A stretch of DNA of 64,000 nt, taken from positions 29,810 through 93,809 of the forward strand of contig UQML01000005.1 of NCBI GenBank assembly GCA_900542265.1, read 5' to 3'. The stretch's first letter is position 1. Each line of letters opens with the position of its first letter. Of this stretch, positions 20,574 through 31,398 are shown piece after piece. The notes under the pieces were generated by a model. That model ran no database searches and was not told the origin of the DNA. It was given only the letters and a program-made list of their open reading frames with translations. Origin of the DNA: an uncultured Eggerthella sp. (lineage in GTDB: Bacteria > Actinomycetota > Coriobacteriia > Coriobacteriales > Eggerthellaceae). The position numbers were made by a program, and so were the translations under genes.

Positions 20574-21515
20574 TTAAGAATATAGAGGACGATAAGCAAT
20601 AAGGATGCGATCTACTCCCGTCAAGTCTTTCTTTATCTCGCACCGTTCAAAGCCAGCTTTTTCAGCAAGCGCACGCGCTTCTTCAAGATGTTCTTCAAAA
20701 AGCTCTAATCCCAAAAGACCACCCGGTTTTAAAGCGCATAAGGCATCGGGTAATAAACGCCGCACCACGTTAAGTCCATCTTTTCCACCATCCAGAGCAA
20801 GAGCGGGATCATAGTCCGTCACTTCTTTGTCGAGTGTTACCAGCACTGAGTGAGGGATATAGGGAGGATTAGAAATAATACAATCAAACGTTTCTTTTTT
20901 GCCGGGAAGCAATGCTTCAAAAAGATCAGATTTAAGCACCGTAACCCTATCAGACAGATCAAGTTCATCGACATTTTTTTGGGCTAATGCAAGCGCGTGA
21001 TCGTCAATATCAGTAGCAATTACGGTTGCAGCAGGATACTCATAGGCTATTGAACAGGCAATGCAACCTGATCCTGTACAAAGATCAAGCACCTGCAAGG
21101 GCTTTGCCGATGCGGGTGAAATAACTTCAAATCCTTCTTCGTCATAGGTGACAATATCGGTTGTTTTATCAAGATCGAGCGCTGAAAAGCACTCACTCAC
21201 TAAAATCTCGGTTTCAGGACGAGGAATCAAAACACCTTTTTCCACCGAAAGGTTGAGATATCTAAAAGGCGCTTTACCACTAATAAGCTGAAGAGGCTCA
21301 CCCGTTGCACGGCGGGCAACCCACTCACGCATTATCGCGCGCTCACTAGCTGAGAGTGGTTGATCAAAATGCGTATAGAGCTCGATGCGCGATAAACCAG
21401 TTACTTCAGACAATAGCCACTGGGCTGATACCAGTGGCTGAGGATCTTGGTGGCGCTCAAGATACCCTTGACACCACGCGAGAATGTCTTTAATTGTCCA
21501 GATGGCGTCACTCAC
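20574..21515 (-). CDS. prmC: Release-factor glutamine N5-methyltransferase.
   Basis: 313 aa with the NPPY motif (IISNPPYIP) and a SAM-binding DLCTGSG. GTG start at 21513-21515. Confidence 0.85.
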   Translation of the reverse strand: MSDAIWTIKDILAWCQGYLERHQDPQPLVSAQWLLSEVTGLSRIELYTHFDQPLSASERAIMREWVARRATGEPLQLISGKAPFRYLNLSVEKGVLIPRPETEILVSECFSALDLDKTTDIVTYDEEGFEVISPASAKPLQVLDLCTGSGCIACSIAYEYPAATVIATDIDDHALALAQKNVDELDLSDRVTVLKSDLFEALLPGKKETFDCIISNPPYIPHSVLVTLDKEVTDYDPALALDGGKDGLNVVRRLLPDALCALKPGGLLGLELFEEHLEEARALAEKAGFERCEIKKDLTGVDRILIAYRPLYS

Positions 21516-21530
21516 TACACTACTTCTTAC

Positions 21531-22595
21531 TTATACAGCCTCTTCGAGCTTGGCAGCACGATCAGCGGCTTGGAGTGCAGTAATGACATCCCCCAAAAGA
21601 TCTCCCATCAAAACACCGTTATAGGTTGAGTTAAATCCAATGCGATGATCTGTTACGCGGTCTTGTGGTCCGTTGTAAGTGCGAATTTTTTCTGCACGAT
21701 CTCCCGAACCAATTTGAGCAAGACGCTTTGCGCCTTCAGCAGCTTGCTGCTCAGCAAGCATTTTTTCATACAAACGTGCACGCAAAACCGCCATAGCAGC
21801 AATCTTATTTTGCAACTGAGATTTTTGATCTTGCGATTGGACTACCAAACCTGTAGGCAAATGAGTAATACGAACTGCTGAGTCAGTCGTATTAACACAC
21901 TGACCGCCCGGTCCTCCTGCACGATACACATCAATGCGGAGATCGCCTTCATTGATCTCAACATCGATCTCATCTGCTTCGGGCAATACAGCTACCGTTG
22001 CCGTTGAGGTATGAATACGTCCTTGTGATTCAGTCTTAGGGACACGCTGAACACGATGAACCCCTGATTCAAACTTCATAACTGAATACACTTTATCGCC
22101 CATCACTTTGAACTGGATTTCTTTATACCCACCAGCTTCAGAGGGAGATACGTCCATGGTCTCGGTTTTCCAACCTTGTGCAGCGGCAAAGCGCTCATAC
22201 ATTTTATACAAATCACCTGCGAAAATGGCAGCCTCATCGCCACCTGCAGCAGCACGAATTTCAACAATAATATCTTTTTCATCGGCGGGATCAGAAGGGA
22301 TCAACATGAACTTGATTTCTTCTTCAAGTTCTGGCAACCGTGCTTCAATGGATGCAATCTCTTCTTGAGCGAATTCCTTCATGTCAGCATCAGAAAGCAT
22401 TTCTTTTGCAGCAGCCAAATCATCAAGCGCTTGGATGTATTCTTTTGAGATCTTAACGAGTGGACCTTGATCAGAATACTCTTTAGCAAGCTTGTTATAT
22501 TCTGATTGGTGTGCAACTACCTCAGGATTACCTAATTTAGCTTCAAGTTCCTTGTAGGCATCAATAATCTTTTCAAGCTTTTCGCGCATCGTCAT
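21531..22595 (-). CDS. prfA: Peptide chain release factor 1.
   Basis: 354 aa with the GGQ motif ([23 protein letters not shown]). The true start may be the third codon (MREKLEK), which has a better SD. Confidence 0.9.
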   Translation of the reverse strand: MTMREKLEKIIDAYKELEAKLGNPEVVAHQSEYNKLAKEYSDQGPLVKISKEYIQALDDLAAAKEMLSDADMKEFAQEEIASIEARLPELEEEIKFMLIPSDPADEKDIIVEIRAAAGGDEAAIFAGDLYKMYERFAAAQGWKTETMDVSPSEAGGYKEIQFKVMGDKVYSVMKFESGVHRVQRVPKTESQGRIHTSTATVAVLPEADEIDVEINEGDLRIDVYRAGGPGGQCVNTTDSAVRITHLPTGLVVQSQDQKSQLQNKIAAMAVLRARLYEKMLAEQQAAEGAKRLAQIGSGDRAEKIRTYNGPQDRVTDHRIGFNSTYNGVLMGDLLGDVITALQAADRAAKLEEAV

Positions 22596-22694
22596 CCTTA
22601 CTTAACGTGAATACTTCAGTTAGTTACTAGAGATAGAAAAAGGGACACCAGCACGTTGCGATGTCCCCTGGTGTTTTATCAGTGGTCTATTTTA

Positions 22695-23609
22695 TCACGA
22701 TGCAACAAAGTTGACAGCAGCCTCTGCCGCCAGTGCACCATCTGCGGCGGCTGTCACCACTTGACGAAGCGGCGTCGTACGAACATCGCCTGCTACAAAA
22801 ACGCCAGAAACTGACGTCGCACAGTCAGATTCAGCAATAACATAGCCATGCTCATCGCAGGCAACAAACCCATCGAGCCATTCGGTTTTTGGCTCAGTGC
22901 CAATAGCTACAAATAAAGCTGACGCAGGAATAACCGTTTCCTCTTCGGTGATGACATTGCGAATGGTCACGCTAGACAGCATGTCGTTTGTCTCACCAAA
23001 GCCTGCATAGACATTGTGCCAATGAATATGCACATTATCTTTATGCATAACGCGATCAACATATACCTGGTGAGCACGTAACTCATCGCGACGATGAACG
23101 AGATGAACGGAGTTGCAAATATTGGAAAGATAAATTGCATCAGCACAAGCAGTATCTCCCCCACCTGCGATCACTACATCTTTATCTCTAAAGAAGTTTC
23201 CATCACACGTTGCGCAATATGATACTCCGCGTCCCTCAAGATGAAGAAGACCGGGATCGTCGATTTTGCGTGGCTGAGCACCGGTTGCAATAATGACCGA
23301 TCGCGTATCATGATTTCCTGAAGCAGTGACAACGGAAAACCCAGAAGAAGCATTTCCTTCAAGCTTCATAACAGCCTCTTGTACTATATGAACACCAAAG
23401 CGCTCTGCTTGAGAGCGGAGCGCCATGGCAATCTCGAATCCATTGATTCCTTGAGGAAATCCAGGATAGTTTTCTAAATCATCGATAGAAGTAAGCTGAC
23501 CACCAACAGTTAATGATTCAAAGAGCGTTGTATTCATGCCAGCACGTGCTGCATAAATTCCTGCAGTCAGTCCCGCTGGACCTCCACCCACAATTGCAAC
23601 ATCTAACAT
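22695..23609 (-). CDS. trxB: Thioredoxin reductase.
   Basis: 304 aa with FAD motif GGGPAG, redox CATCDG and an NADPH site. Confidence 0.9.
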   Translation of the reverse strand: MLDVAIVGGGPAGLTAGIYAARAGMNTTLFESLTVGGQLTSIDDLENYPGFPQGINGFEIAMALRSQAERFGVHIVQEAVMKLEGNASSGFSVVTASGNHDTRSVIIATGAQPRKIDDPGLLHLEGRGVSYCATCDGNFFRDKDVVIAGGGDTACADAIYLSNICNSVHLVHRRDELRAHQVYVDRVMHKDNVHIHWHNVYAGFGETNDMLSSVTIRNVITEEETVIPASALFVAIGTEPKTEWLDGFVACDEHGYVIAESDCATSVSGVFVAGDVRTTPLRQVVTAAADGALAAEAAVNFVAS

Positions 23610-23640
23610 TGAGCCTTCTTCTTTCTACACGCTATTTGCT

Positions 23641-23967
23641 TTATGCAGTTTGAACTGCTTTCTGAATAGCGTCAATCATCGTGTCTTTTGATTGAACACC
23701 AATAAATTGCTGATAAGGCTGACCATCTTTAAAAATAATCATAGTTGGAACACTCATAACACGGTACTGAGCTGCAAGATCGCGGCACTGATCAATATCA
23801 ACCTTATAAACATGTGCCGCTGGTTCAACAGCCTCAGAGATCTCATCTAAAACAGGTGCCATCATCTTGCATGGTCCACACCATGTTGCGAAGAAATCGA
23901 CTAATACTGGGTCGCTACTCTCAAGTACCATACCAGCAAATTGCGTTTCGGTAATTTCTGTTGCCAT
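23641..23967 (-). CDS. trxA: Thioredoxin.
   Basis: 108 aa with WCGPCK. AGGAGG SD. Confidence 0.9.
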   Translation of the reverse strand: MATEITETQFAGMVLESSDPVLVDFFATWCGPCKMMAPVLDEISEAVEPAAHVYKVDIDQCRDLAAQYRVMSVPTMIIFKDGQPYQQFIGVQSKDTMIDAIQKAVQTA

Positions 23968-24052
23968 CGTAATAACCTCCTACGTCATATACCTTTTCTG
24001 TAAAGGTATATTGTTTTCATCTCATGCCCTTATTGTAGGAGCCCCTAACACA

Positions 24053-24076
24053 AAGGAGCATCTTTCGATGCTCCTT
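24053..24076 (-). terminator. Intrinsic terminator 3' of thrS.
   Basis: A 10-bp stem AGGAGCATC/GATGCTCCT with a TTTC loop. On the minus strand it is followed by TTGTGTT. Confidence 0.5.
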
Positions 24077-24132
24077 GAAATCGTGTTGTTACTCTCCGTA
24101 AACAATTCCGTTTTCCGGCACGATATCTGGTT

Positions 24133-26046
24133 TTAGAGTGCTGCCTTTTTAATAACATCAAGCAGCTGATCAATGCTCCATTCACCTAAATCGCCTTCGG
24201 AGCGATCACGAATAGAAACCGTGCCATTTTCAACTTCCTTGTCTCCAATAACACCCATGTACGGCACTTTTTCAGCTTGTGCTTTTGCAATTTTTACACG
24301 CATTGGTTCATTCTGGGAATAAATCTCAACACGACCACCAGCTGCTGTAATCTTGCGTGCCAAATCTTTACAAGCATCCAAATGACGATCAGCCAAAGGA
24401 AGCAAAATGACCTGCACGGGAGCCAGCCATAAAGGTAACGCTCCAGCATAGTTTTCAATCAAAATGCCAAAGAAACGCTCAATCGAACCAAAAATGGCGC
24501 GATGAAGCATCCAAGGACGCTCTTCCGTATTGTCAGCAGTGCGATACGTAAGTTCAAAGCGCTCAGGGAAATTAAAATCTACCTGCACTGTTGAACATTG
24601 CCAGGTGCGCCCCAAAGCGTCCTTGACTTTTATGTCAATCTTTGGACCGTAAAAGGCTCCATCGCCCTCATTGATTTCATACTCAAGGCCACGACGCTCA
24701 CACGCTTGCTCGAGAGCATGCTGAGCATGTTCCCACATATCGTCAGAACCAATTGATTTATCAGGACGAGTAGAAATCTCAGCAGTGTATTCAAAGTCAA
24801 ACGTCGACATGATGTGATCAACGAGATCAAGAATAGCAACTACTTCATCAACTACCTGATCACGCGTGCAAAAGACATGAGCATCATCTTGCGTAAAGCC
24901 ACGTGCACGCAAAAGACCATGAACAGCACCCGAGAGCTCATGACGATAGACCGTACCAAACTCAAAGAGACGCAAAGGAAGATCACGATATGAACGAATC
25001 TCATTGCGATAGATAAGTACATGACCAGGACAATTCATAGGCTTAACGCCGTATTCAGAAAGTCGAGGATTTGCTTCTGAACCTTCATTGATATTAAAGA
25101 AGTACATGTTTTCGCCATAAAAATCATAATGGCCTGATGTCTTCCATACATCAGATTTATAAATATGGGGCGTGATAACTTCTTGGTAGCCATTTGCATA
25201 TAAGTCGCGACGAAGCCACTCTTGCAAAAGACGAATAACGCGAGCACCCTTTGGTGGATAGAGAGGAAGACCAACGCCGGCATCCTCATCAAGCATAAAA
25301 AGCCCCAGCTCTTTGCCAATTTTACGATGATCACGCTTTTCAGCCTCAGCAATATTTTCGAGATACTGATTAAGTTCTTTTTTAGAGAAAAATGCCGTAC
25401 CGTAAACACGCTGCAACATTTCACGATCAGAATCTCCACGCCAATAGGCACCAGCCAATTTAGTAAGTTTAAACGTTGGTAATACAGCAGCACTTGGCAA
25501 ATGTGGACCACGACAAAGATCAACAAAATCACCCAAGCGATAAATTGAGATTTCTTCGTCATCAGGAAGTTCGTCAATCAATTCAAGTTTAAGAGGCTGA
25601 TCAGCAAACATCTCTTTTGCCTGCTCTTTGGTTACCACTTGACGAGTGAAAGGCTCTCCATCATGTACGATCTCGTTCATCCGCTCTTCAATTTTTTCAA
25701 GATCCTCAGGCGTCAACGTATGATCCATACGAATGTCATAGTAAAAACCATTTTCGATTGATGGACCGATACCAAAATCAACGTGTCCATACAAATCTTG
25801 TAATGCCTTTGCCATAACATGAGCCGCAGAGTGACGCAAAAGATCAAGCGCCTCAGGGCTCTTTTTAGTAATGATGGTAATAGTTTGTCCATCAGAAAGC
25901 GGCGTAGTTAAATCAACCAACTTGCCATCAACAGTGCCTGCTAAAGCTGCTTTAGCAAGACCAGCACCAATAGCCTGTGCTGCATCAGCAAGCGTTGCAC
26001 CTTCTTCTAAATTGAGTGTATTGCCATCAGGAAGAATAACGTTCAT
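24133..26046 (-). CDS. thrS: Threonyl-tRNA synthetase.
   Basis: TGS and class II aaRS motifs. The start is placed at ATG 26044-26046 (MNVILPDG), which has GAAAGG about 9 nt upstream; the track ORF extends 15 aa further to 26091. Confidence 0.9.
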   Translation of the reverse strand: MNVILPDGNTLNLEEGATLADAAQAIGAGLAKAALAGTVDGKLVDLTTPLSDGQTITIITKKSPEALDLLRHSAAHVMAKALQDLYGHVDFGIGPSIENGFYYDIRMDHTLTPEDLEKIEERMNEIVHDGEPFTRQVVTKEQAKEMFADQPLKLELIDELPDDEEISIYRLGDFVDLCRGPHLPSAAVLPTFKLTKLAGAYWRGDSDREMLQRVYGTAFFSKKELNQYLENIAEAEKRDHRKIGKELGLFMLDEDAGVGLPLYPPKGARVIRLLQEWLRRDLYANGYQEVITPHIYKSDVWKTSGHYDFYGENMYFFNINEGSEANPRLSEYGVKPMNCPGHVLIYRNEIRSYRDLPLRLFEFGTVYRHELSGAVHGLLRARGFTQDDAHVFCTRDQVVDEVVAILDLVDHIMSTFDFEYTAEISTRPDKSIGSDDMWEHAQHALEQACERRGLEYEINEGDGAFYGPKIDIKVKDALGRTWQCSTVQVDFNFPERFELTYRTADNTEERPWMLHRAIFGSIERFFGILIENYAGALPLWLAPVQVILLPLADRHLDACKDLARKITAAGGRVEIYSQNEPMRVKIAKAQAEKVPYMGVIGDKEVENGTVSIRDRSEGDLGEWSIDQLLDVIKKAAL

Positions 26047-26166
26047 GTAAGACATCCTTTCTTGTGCCGGGTGCGCACAAAGCACCTGCACCTATCACGT
26101 ATGAACTGTGTATCTTTATACTACAACCTAACACCCTAAATTCGGGCGCCAGAGTATGGTAGGTAG

Positions 26167-26595
26167 TTAAGCACGTGGTGGACGTATCTGAGTTGTACAG
26201 TAAGGGCAGATATCCCACGTTGGATTTAAGGCATGATGACATGTTGGACAAAGATTTTTCAAGCGCTGATGACAGTTGGGGCAAATCACATAATCCGCTT
26301 CAATGGGATATCCACACTGTCCACACTCACCGTACTTGAGAAGTTCACGCCGCTTGAGTGCCACTTCAAGTTCTTGTTCATCCCTATCAATCTCTAACAG
26401 TGGCGGACGCATCAAACAATACGCAATCACACCAGCAATAGGAATAAGTGCCACAACACCCCATAATTGCCATGTAGTTCCTCGACTCATCGCATCCCTT
26501 ATAACCCATACAACTGAGAGCACATACAGCGCAATAACAATAATAAGAAGAATGATGAGAGCTGCTTGCAACTCGGGAGTCCACAATTGAGACAT
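26167..26595 (-). CDS. Small membrane protein with a PLDc_N-like N-terminal transmembrane domain and a C-terminal double zinc ribbon.
   Basis: 142 aa with two predicted TM helices (LIILLIIVIALYVLSVVWVIRDAMSRG...WGVVALIPIAGVIAYCLM), then CGQCGYP...CPNC and CPTC...CPYC (4 x CxxC). Confidence 0.65.
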   Translation of the reverse strand: MSQLWTPELQAALIILLIIVIALYVLSVVWVIRDAMSRGTTWQLWGVVALIPIAGVIAYCLMRPPLLEIDRDEQELEVALKRRELLKYGECGQCGYPIEADYVICPNCHQRLKNLCPTCHHALNPTWDICPYCTTQIRPPRA

Positions 26596-26618
26596 AACTT
26601 GATACCTTTTACTATTCC

Positions 26619-29282
26619 TTAATCATCCATTTCAGCGAGCTGAGCCTTAAGCCTCTCACTTTGTTGCGTAAATTCAGCAAGCTTAACCTTATCCTTTTCA
26701 ATTACTTCAGGCGCAGCTTTTGACAAAAAGCCAGGATTGTTGAGCTTCTTTTCAAACTTAACTCGATCCTTTTCCACCGCCGCAATTTGCTTTTCTAAGC
26801 GAGCGCGTTCCGCTGCAAAATCAACAAGACCTGATAAGAGAATATATACCTCGAGTCCCTCAGCAAGCACCACCGCCGACTCGTTGGGCTTTTCAGCATC
26901 TTGTGCTGCTTTGACAATCTCGACATTAGCCAAAGCACAGATAAGGGTTTGTTGCGCCTCAAAATCAACCAGCGCTGTTTCACTTTCCGCTTTTACCACA
27001 AGCGACAAAGAAACCTTAGGTGATATACCATAGCGCGCACGAGCAGAACGAACACCGCCAACTGATTGGGTAACCATAGTAATAACACGTTCGGCTTCTG
27101 GATTGATATAACAAGCAAGCTCTTCTGCACTCGGCCATGGTGTCATCATAAGCATTTCATGCTTGTCTTCAACAGGAAGTTCATCGTAAATCTGCTCAGT
27201 TACAAATGGCATGATGGGGTGTAAAAGACGTAACGCCTGATCAAGCACGAACACTAAATTACGTTGACAGACAAGTTTGTCTTCTCCCCCTGCATTAAGA
27301 CGTGGTTTAGAAAGTTCAATATACCAATCGCAAAACTCATTCCAAAAGAAAGCATAAAGTTCGCGTGTGATAACACCAAATTCAAATTCTTTAAACGCAA
27401 GATCAAGTTTTTCTACCAAGCGAGCCAAACGTGAAAAAATCCATTGGTCTGCAGGTGTGCGTGGATCAGGAGCACCCGGTGTGTAGTCCCCATCTAAATA
27501 CATCATGACAAAGCGTGCAGCATTGCGAATCTTATTGGCAAAATTGCGCGATGACTCAAGCTTGGCTTCATTAAACTTCAAGTCTTGCGCTCCCGTAACC
27601 TGCATCAAGAGACCAAAGCGCATACCATCAGCGCCATAATCCTCCATGAGCTTTACTGGATCAACACCATTACCACGACTCTTAGACATGGGTTTGCCAT
27701 CAGCAGCCATAACGGTTGGATGAATAATAACATCCGTAAAAGGAATCTTGCCGGTGCAATAGAGCGACGACATCACCATACGCGCTACCCAAAGACCCAT
27801 AATGTCTCGAGCCGTTGAAAGCACCTGCGTAGGATAGGTTTTCATGAGGCTATCATGATCAACTTCGGGCCACCCTTGTGTTGCAAACGGCCAAAGTTGA
27901 GAAGAGAACCAGGTGTCAAGAACATCCTCATCTTGACGCACAGGCTTGCCGCAAACGGGACATACCTCAACATCTTCAAGACAGGCATCTTCCCAACCAC
28001 AGGAATCGCAATAAAACATAGGGATGCGATGACCCCACCAAAGTTGACGAGAAATACACCAGTCCTTGAGATTTTCCATCCAATCTAAATAAACATGCTT
28101 CCAGCGATCAGGATGGAAGGTAATCTCTCCCTCTTCTACCACACGAGCTGCTTCTTTTTTCAAACGATCAACCGCAACAAACCATTGTTCGGAAAGCCAT
28201 GGCTCAAGCTTAGTATGACAGCGATAGCACGTCATAACTGAATGGTCATGCTCTTCAACATGATCTAAAAGTCCTAAGCGTTCAAATTCTTCCACAACGG
28301 CCTCACGCGCTTCATCACGCGTCATACCAGAGAACTTGCCATACCCCTCAACAACTACTGCGTGTTCATCAAAGATATTAATCTGTTCAAGATCATTGCG
28401 TTGACCCATCGCATAGTCATTAGGATCATGCGCAGGCGTAGTTTTTACCGCACCAGTGCCAAATTCTGAATCAACGTAATAATCGGCAAAAATAGGAATT
28501 TCGCGTCCCACAATTGGCAGTGTTACTGTTTTACCAACTAAGTTCTTATAACGCTCGTCTTTAGGACTTACCGCAACACCCGTATCTCCAAGCATGGTCT
28601 CAGGACGCGTCGTTGCAACCACAAGATACTCAATTCCGTCAACAGGCTCAGTAAGTGGATAGCGCAAATACCACAAATGACCTTTTTCATCCACATACTC
28701 TGCCTCATCATCAGCGATAGCAGTCGTACATGAAGGGCACCAGTTAACAATACGGCGCCCCTTATAAATCAGGCCATCATGATACCAATCGCAAAACACC
28801 TTACGTACTGCAAGGGCATATTCAGGCGAAAGCGTAAACTTTTCATCCGAGTAGTCGCACGAGCAGCCCATAGAGGCGATCTGGTTAACAATGGTATTAC
28901 CATACTCTTCACGCCACTCGTAGCATGCTTCCAAAAAAGCCTCACGACCAATTTGAAGACGAGAAATCCCCTCTTCAGCAAGCTTTTTATCCACTTTAGT
29001 CTGCGTTGCAATACCAGCATGATCAGTACCCAAAATCCAACGCGTTTGATAACCCTGCATACGGGCATGACGAATACAGGTATCTTGAATAGTGTCATTA
29101 AGAGCATGCCCCATGTGCAACATACCCGTTACGTTTGGTGGCGGAATAACAATAGTGTATGACTCATCGCCATATTTACCAAAACCATGCGTACGAGCAA
29201 AATTACCCGATGCCTTCCATGCTTCAAAAAGAGGCTTTTCCCATTCAGTATAAGGAATCTGTTCTTTTTTCTTGTCCGCCAT
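26619..29282 (-). CDS. valS: Valyl-tRNA synthetase.
   Basis: 887 aa with HMGHALN, KMSKSRGN and a C-terminal coiled coil. Confidence 0.95.
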   Translation of the reverse strand: MADKKKEQIPYTEWEKPLFEAWKASGNFARTHGFGKYGDESYTIVIPPPNVTGMLHMGHALNDTIQDTCIRHARMQGYQTRWILGTDHAGIATQTKVDKKLAEEGISRLQIGREAFLEACYEWREEYGNTIVNQIASMGCSCDYSDEKFTLSPEYALAVRKVFCDWYHDGLIYKGRRIVNWCPSCTTAIADDEAEYVDEKGHLWYLRYPLTEPVDGIEYLVVATTRPETMLGDTGVAVSPKDERYKNLVGKTVTLPIVGREIPIFADYYVDSEFGTGAVKTTPAHDPNDYAMGQRNDLEQINIFDEHAVVVEGYGKFSGMTRDEAREAVVEEFERLGLLDHVEEHDHSVMTCYRCHTKLEPWLSEQWFVAVDRLKKEAARVVEEGEITFHPDRWKHVYLDWMENLKDWCISRQLWWGHRIPMFYCDSCGWEDACLEDVEVCPVCGKPVRQDEDVLDTWFSSQLWPFATQGWPEVDHDSLMKTYPTQVLSTARDIMGLWVARMVMSSLYCTGKIPFTDVIIHPTVMAADGKPMSKSRGNGVDPVKLMEDYGADGMRFGLLMQVTGAQDLKFNEAKLESSRNFANKIRNAARFVMMYLDGDYTPGAPDPRTPADQWIFSRLARLVEKLDLAFKEFEFGVITRELYAFFWNEFCDWYIELSKPRLNAGGEDKLVCQRNLVFVLDQALRLLHPIMPFVTEQIYDELPVEDKHEMLMMTPWPSAEELACYINPEAERVITMVTQSVGGVRSARARYGISPKVSLSLVVKAESETALVDFEAQQTLICALANVEIVKAAQDAEKPNESAVVLAEGLEVYILLSGLVDFAAERARLEKQIAAVEKDRVKFEKKLNNPGFLSKAAPEVIEKDKVKLAEFTQQSERLKAQLAEMDD

Positions 29283-29367
29283 GAATCTAATCCTTTGTTT
29301 CTCTTACGGTGTAGGCACTTACCAGGTTTTTAAGCGATGAGTCACTTCAAAGGTAACCATAAAACCT

Positions 29368-30702
29368 TTATGAAACCACGCAAATCTCAGGTGTGGTTTC
29401 TCCTTCAATATCACTTTTCCTAATCACAACACGCGTTGGCTCGTGATATTCAGGGAGGTTATACATAATATCTTGTAATGCAGACTCGCAAATACTACGC
29501 AGACCACGAGCACCTGTTTGATGTTCAATAGCAGCTTCCGCGATTGCCTCGAGAGCCTCTTGTTCAAAAATAAGCTCAGAATCCTCGAACGCAAACATGC
29601 GCTTATATTGTTTTACAAGCGCATTTTTTGGCTCGGTTAAAATACGCACCAAATCCTCTTTTGATAATTCTGATAATGAGGTAATGACAGGAATACGCCC
29701 AACAAATTCGGGGATCATGCCAAATTTATGCAAATCCTCAGGAAGAACGTGACGTAGCAATTCTTGATCTGCCTCACGCCTAGATTCTGGCATATCAGAA
29801 TTAAAACCAATATTGGTAGTTCCCACACGCTGCGCAATGATCTCAGGAAGTCCTACAAAAGCACCACCCAAAATAAATAAGATATTGTCGGTATTGATAG
29901 GAATTAATTCTTGCTGAGGATGCTTACGGCCTCCTTGAGGAGGAACAGATGCATCGCATCCTTCAACAATCTTTAAAAGTGCTTGCTGCACTCCTTCACC
30001 CGATACATCGCGAGTAATTGAGAGATTTTCTGCTTTGCGAGCAATCTTGTCAATCTCGTCAATATAGATAATACCTATTTCTGCACGAGAAACATCAAAA
30101 TCTGCAGCGGTAATTAACTTAAGCAAGATGTTTTCAACATCTTCACCTACATATCCCGCTTCCGTAAGTGTTGTTGCATCAGCAATAGCAAACGGAACCT
30201 GCAAGGTACGCGCCAATGTCTGAGCAAGGAGCGTTTTACCAGAACCAGTTGGCCCTAAAAGCAAAATATTACTCTTAGCAAGCTCAACGTCATTTTCATC
30301 AGCAGATTCGCCTAAACTAATGCGCTTGTAATGGTTGTATACAGCCACTGCAAGTGCTTTTTTTGCTTCATCTTGACCAACAACATGCTCTGACAACTGT
30401 GCGTATAGCTCATGAGGTGTCGGAAGATGCTCAATTAAGGGCTCGTTTGGCTTTGCTTGAGCTTCGTGCAGCATATCAAGCTCCTGATGAGTTTTAGAAA
30501 TTGAGTTCAGAGCGTCTGACTCAAGACCTCTGAAGGATAAATCAGTAAGCATTGCTTCTGCGCAAACAGAAACGCACTCATCACAGATATAAATTCCATT
30601 AGGTCCTGAAATCATGGCATTTACTTGATCGGGCGTTTGCCCACAAAAGGCACAGCGAATAGCACCCGTGCTATTCGCTGCATCATGAGAGTTATCTGTC
30701 AT
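29368..30702 (-). CDS. clpX: ATP-dependent Clp protease ATP-binding subunit ClpX.
   Basis: 444 aa with an N-terminal C4 zinc finger (CAFCGQ...CDEC) and AAA+ GPTGSGKT. Confidence 0.95.
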   Translation of the reverse strand: MTDNSHDAANSTGAIRCAFCGQTPDQVNAMISGPNGIYICDECVSVCAEAMLTDLSFRGLESDALNSISKTHQELDMLHEAQAKPNEPLIEHLPTPHELYAQLSEHVVGQDEAKKALAVAVYNHYKRISLGESADENDVELAKSNILLLGPTGSGKTLLAQTLARTLQVPFAIADATTLTEAGYVGEDVENILLKLITAADFDVSRAEIGIIYIDEIDKIARKAENLSITRDVSGEGVQQALLKIVEGCDASVPPQGGRKHPQQELIPINTDNILFILGGAFVGLPEIIAQRVGTTNIGFNSDMPESRREADQELLRHVLPEDLHKFGMIPEFVGRIPVITSLSELSKEDLVRILTEPKNALVKQYKRMFAFEDSELIFEQEALEAIAEAAIEHQTGARGLRSICESALQDIMYNLPEYHEPTRVVIRKSDIEGETTPEICVVS

Positions 30703-30721
30703 TGATTACTCCAAAATCTAA

Positions 30722-31342
30722 TTAGTCATTTGAAAAACGTGAAGACACAACCTTGTCAACAAGTCCATAAGCACATGCTTCTTCAGCGCTCATCCAATTG
30801 TCTCGTTCAGAATCAGCATGAATGCGCTCAATTGGTTGACCAGTATGGTGAGCAATAATACCCTCCAAACGATCACGCGTTTTGCGCATTTCGTTAGCTA
30901 CAATTTCAAAGTCAGTCTGCTGCGTACGCTCCCCTGTAGCACCCATAGGCTGATGGATCATAACCTGAGCATTGGGAAGAATAATGCGCTTACCGTTAGC
31001 GCCACCGCAGAGCAAAACTGATGCCATAGATGCTGCAAGACCCATACAAATAGTAGAAACATCACATTTAATGTATTGCATAGTGTCATAGATTGCCAGG
31101 CCTGCAGAAACAGACCCTCCTGGTGAATTGATATATAAAGCAATATCCTTGTCTGGATCAGCACTCTCAAGATGAAGAAGCTGAGCAACAACAGTGTTTG
31201 CTACCGCATCATCAATAGGCTCACCCAAGAAAACAATACGTTCGTTGAGCAAACGAGAATAGATGTCGTAGCTGCGTTCTCCGCGAGGAGACTGTTCAAT
31301 TACGTAGGGAATCAATGCATCCTTAGTTTTTTGATAAGACAT
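30722..31342 (-). CDS. clpP: ATP-dependent Clp protease proteolytic subunit. Only one copy lies between tig and clpX.
   Basis: 206 aa with the catalytic triad context [11 protein letters not shown]...HQPMG. Confidence 0.95.
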   Translation of the reverse strand: MSYQKTKDALIPYVIEQSPRGERSYDIYSRLLNERIVFLGEPIDDAVANTVVAQLLHLESADPDKDIALYINSPGGSVSAGLAIYDTMQYIKCDVSTICMGLAASMASVLLCGGANGKRIILPNAQVMIHQPMGATGERTQQTDFEIVANEMRKTRDRLEGIIAHHTGQPIERIHADSERDNWMSAEEACAYGLVDKVVSSRFSND

Positions 31343-31398
31343 AAAGGTAACCTCGCTTTATGCAGTTAATGTTCCTAAAGAGAATGCTTAAATACTAC

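Noticed and set aside
20501-20599. 33-aa N-terminal extension of the PNP ORF
   Set aside because: It overlaps the prmC 3' end and has no SD. The internal ATG with AAGGAAG gives a canonical PNP N-terminus. The same logic applies to the extensions of aroA (58313-58402), the cysteine desulfurase (49942-50073) and aroE (3575-3634).
26047-26166. AATTTAGGGTG motif upstream of thrS that resembles part of a T-box
   Set aside because: Only about 120 nt are available between the upstream gene and thrS. There is no specifier-loop or antiterminator architecture and no full AATTAGGGTGGNACCGCG consensus.
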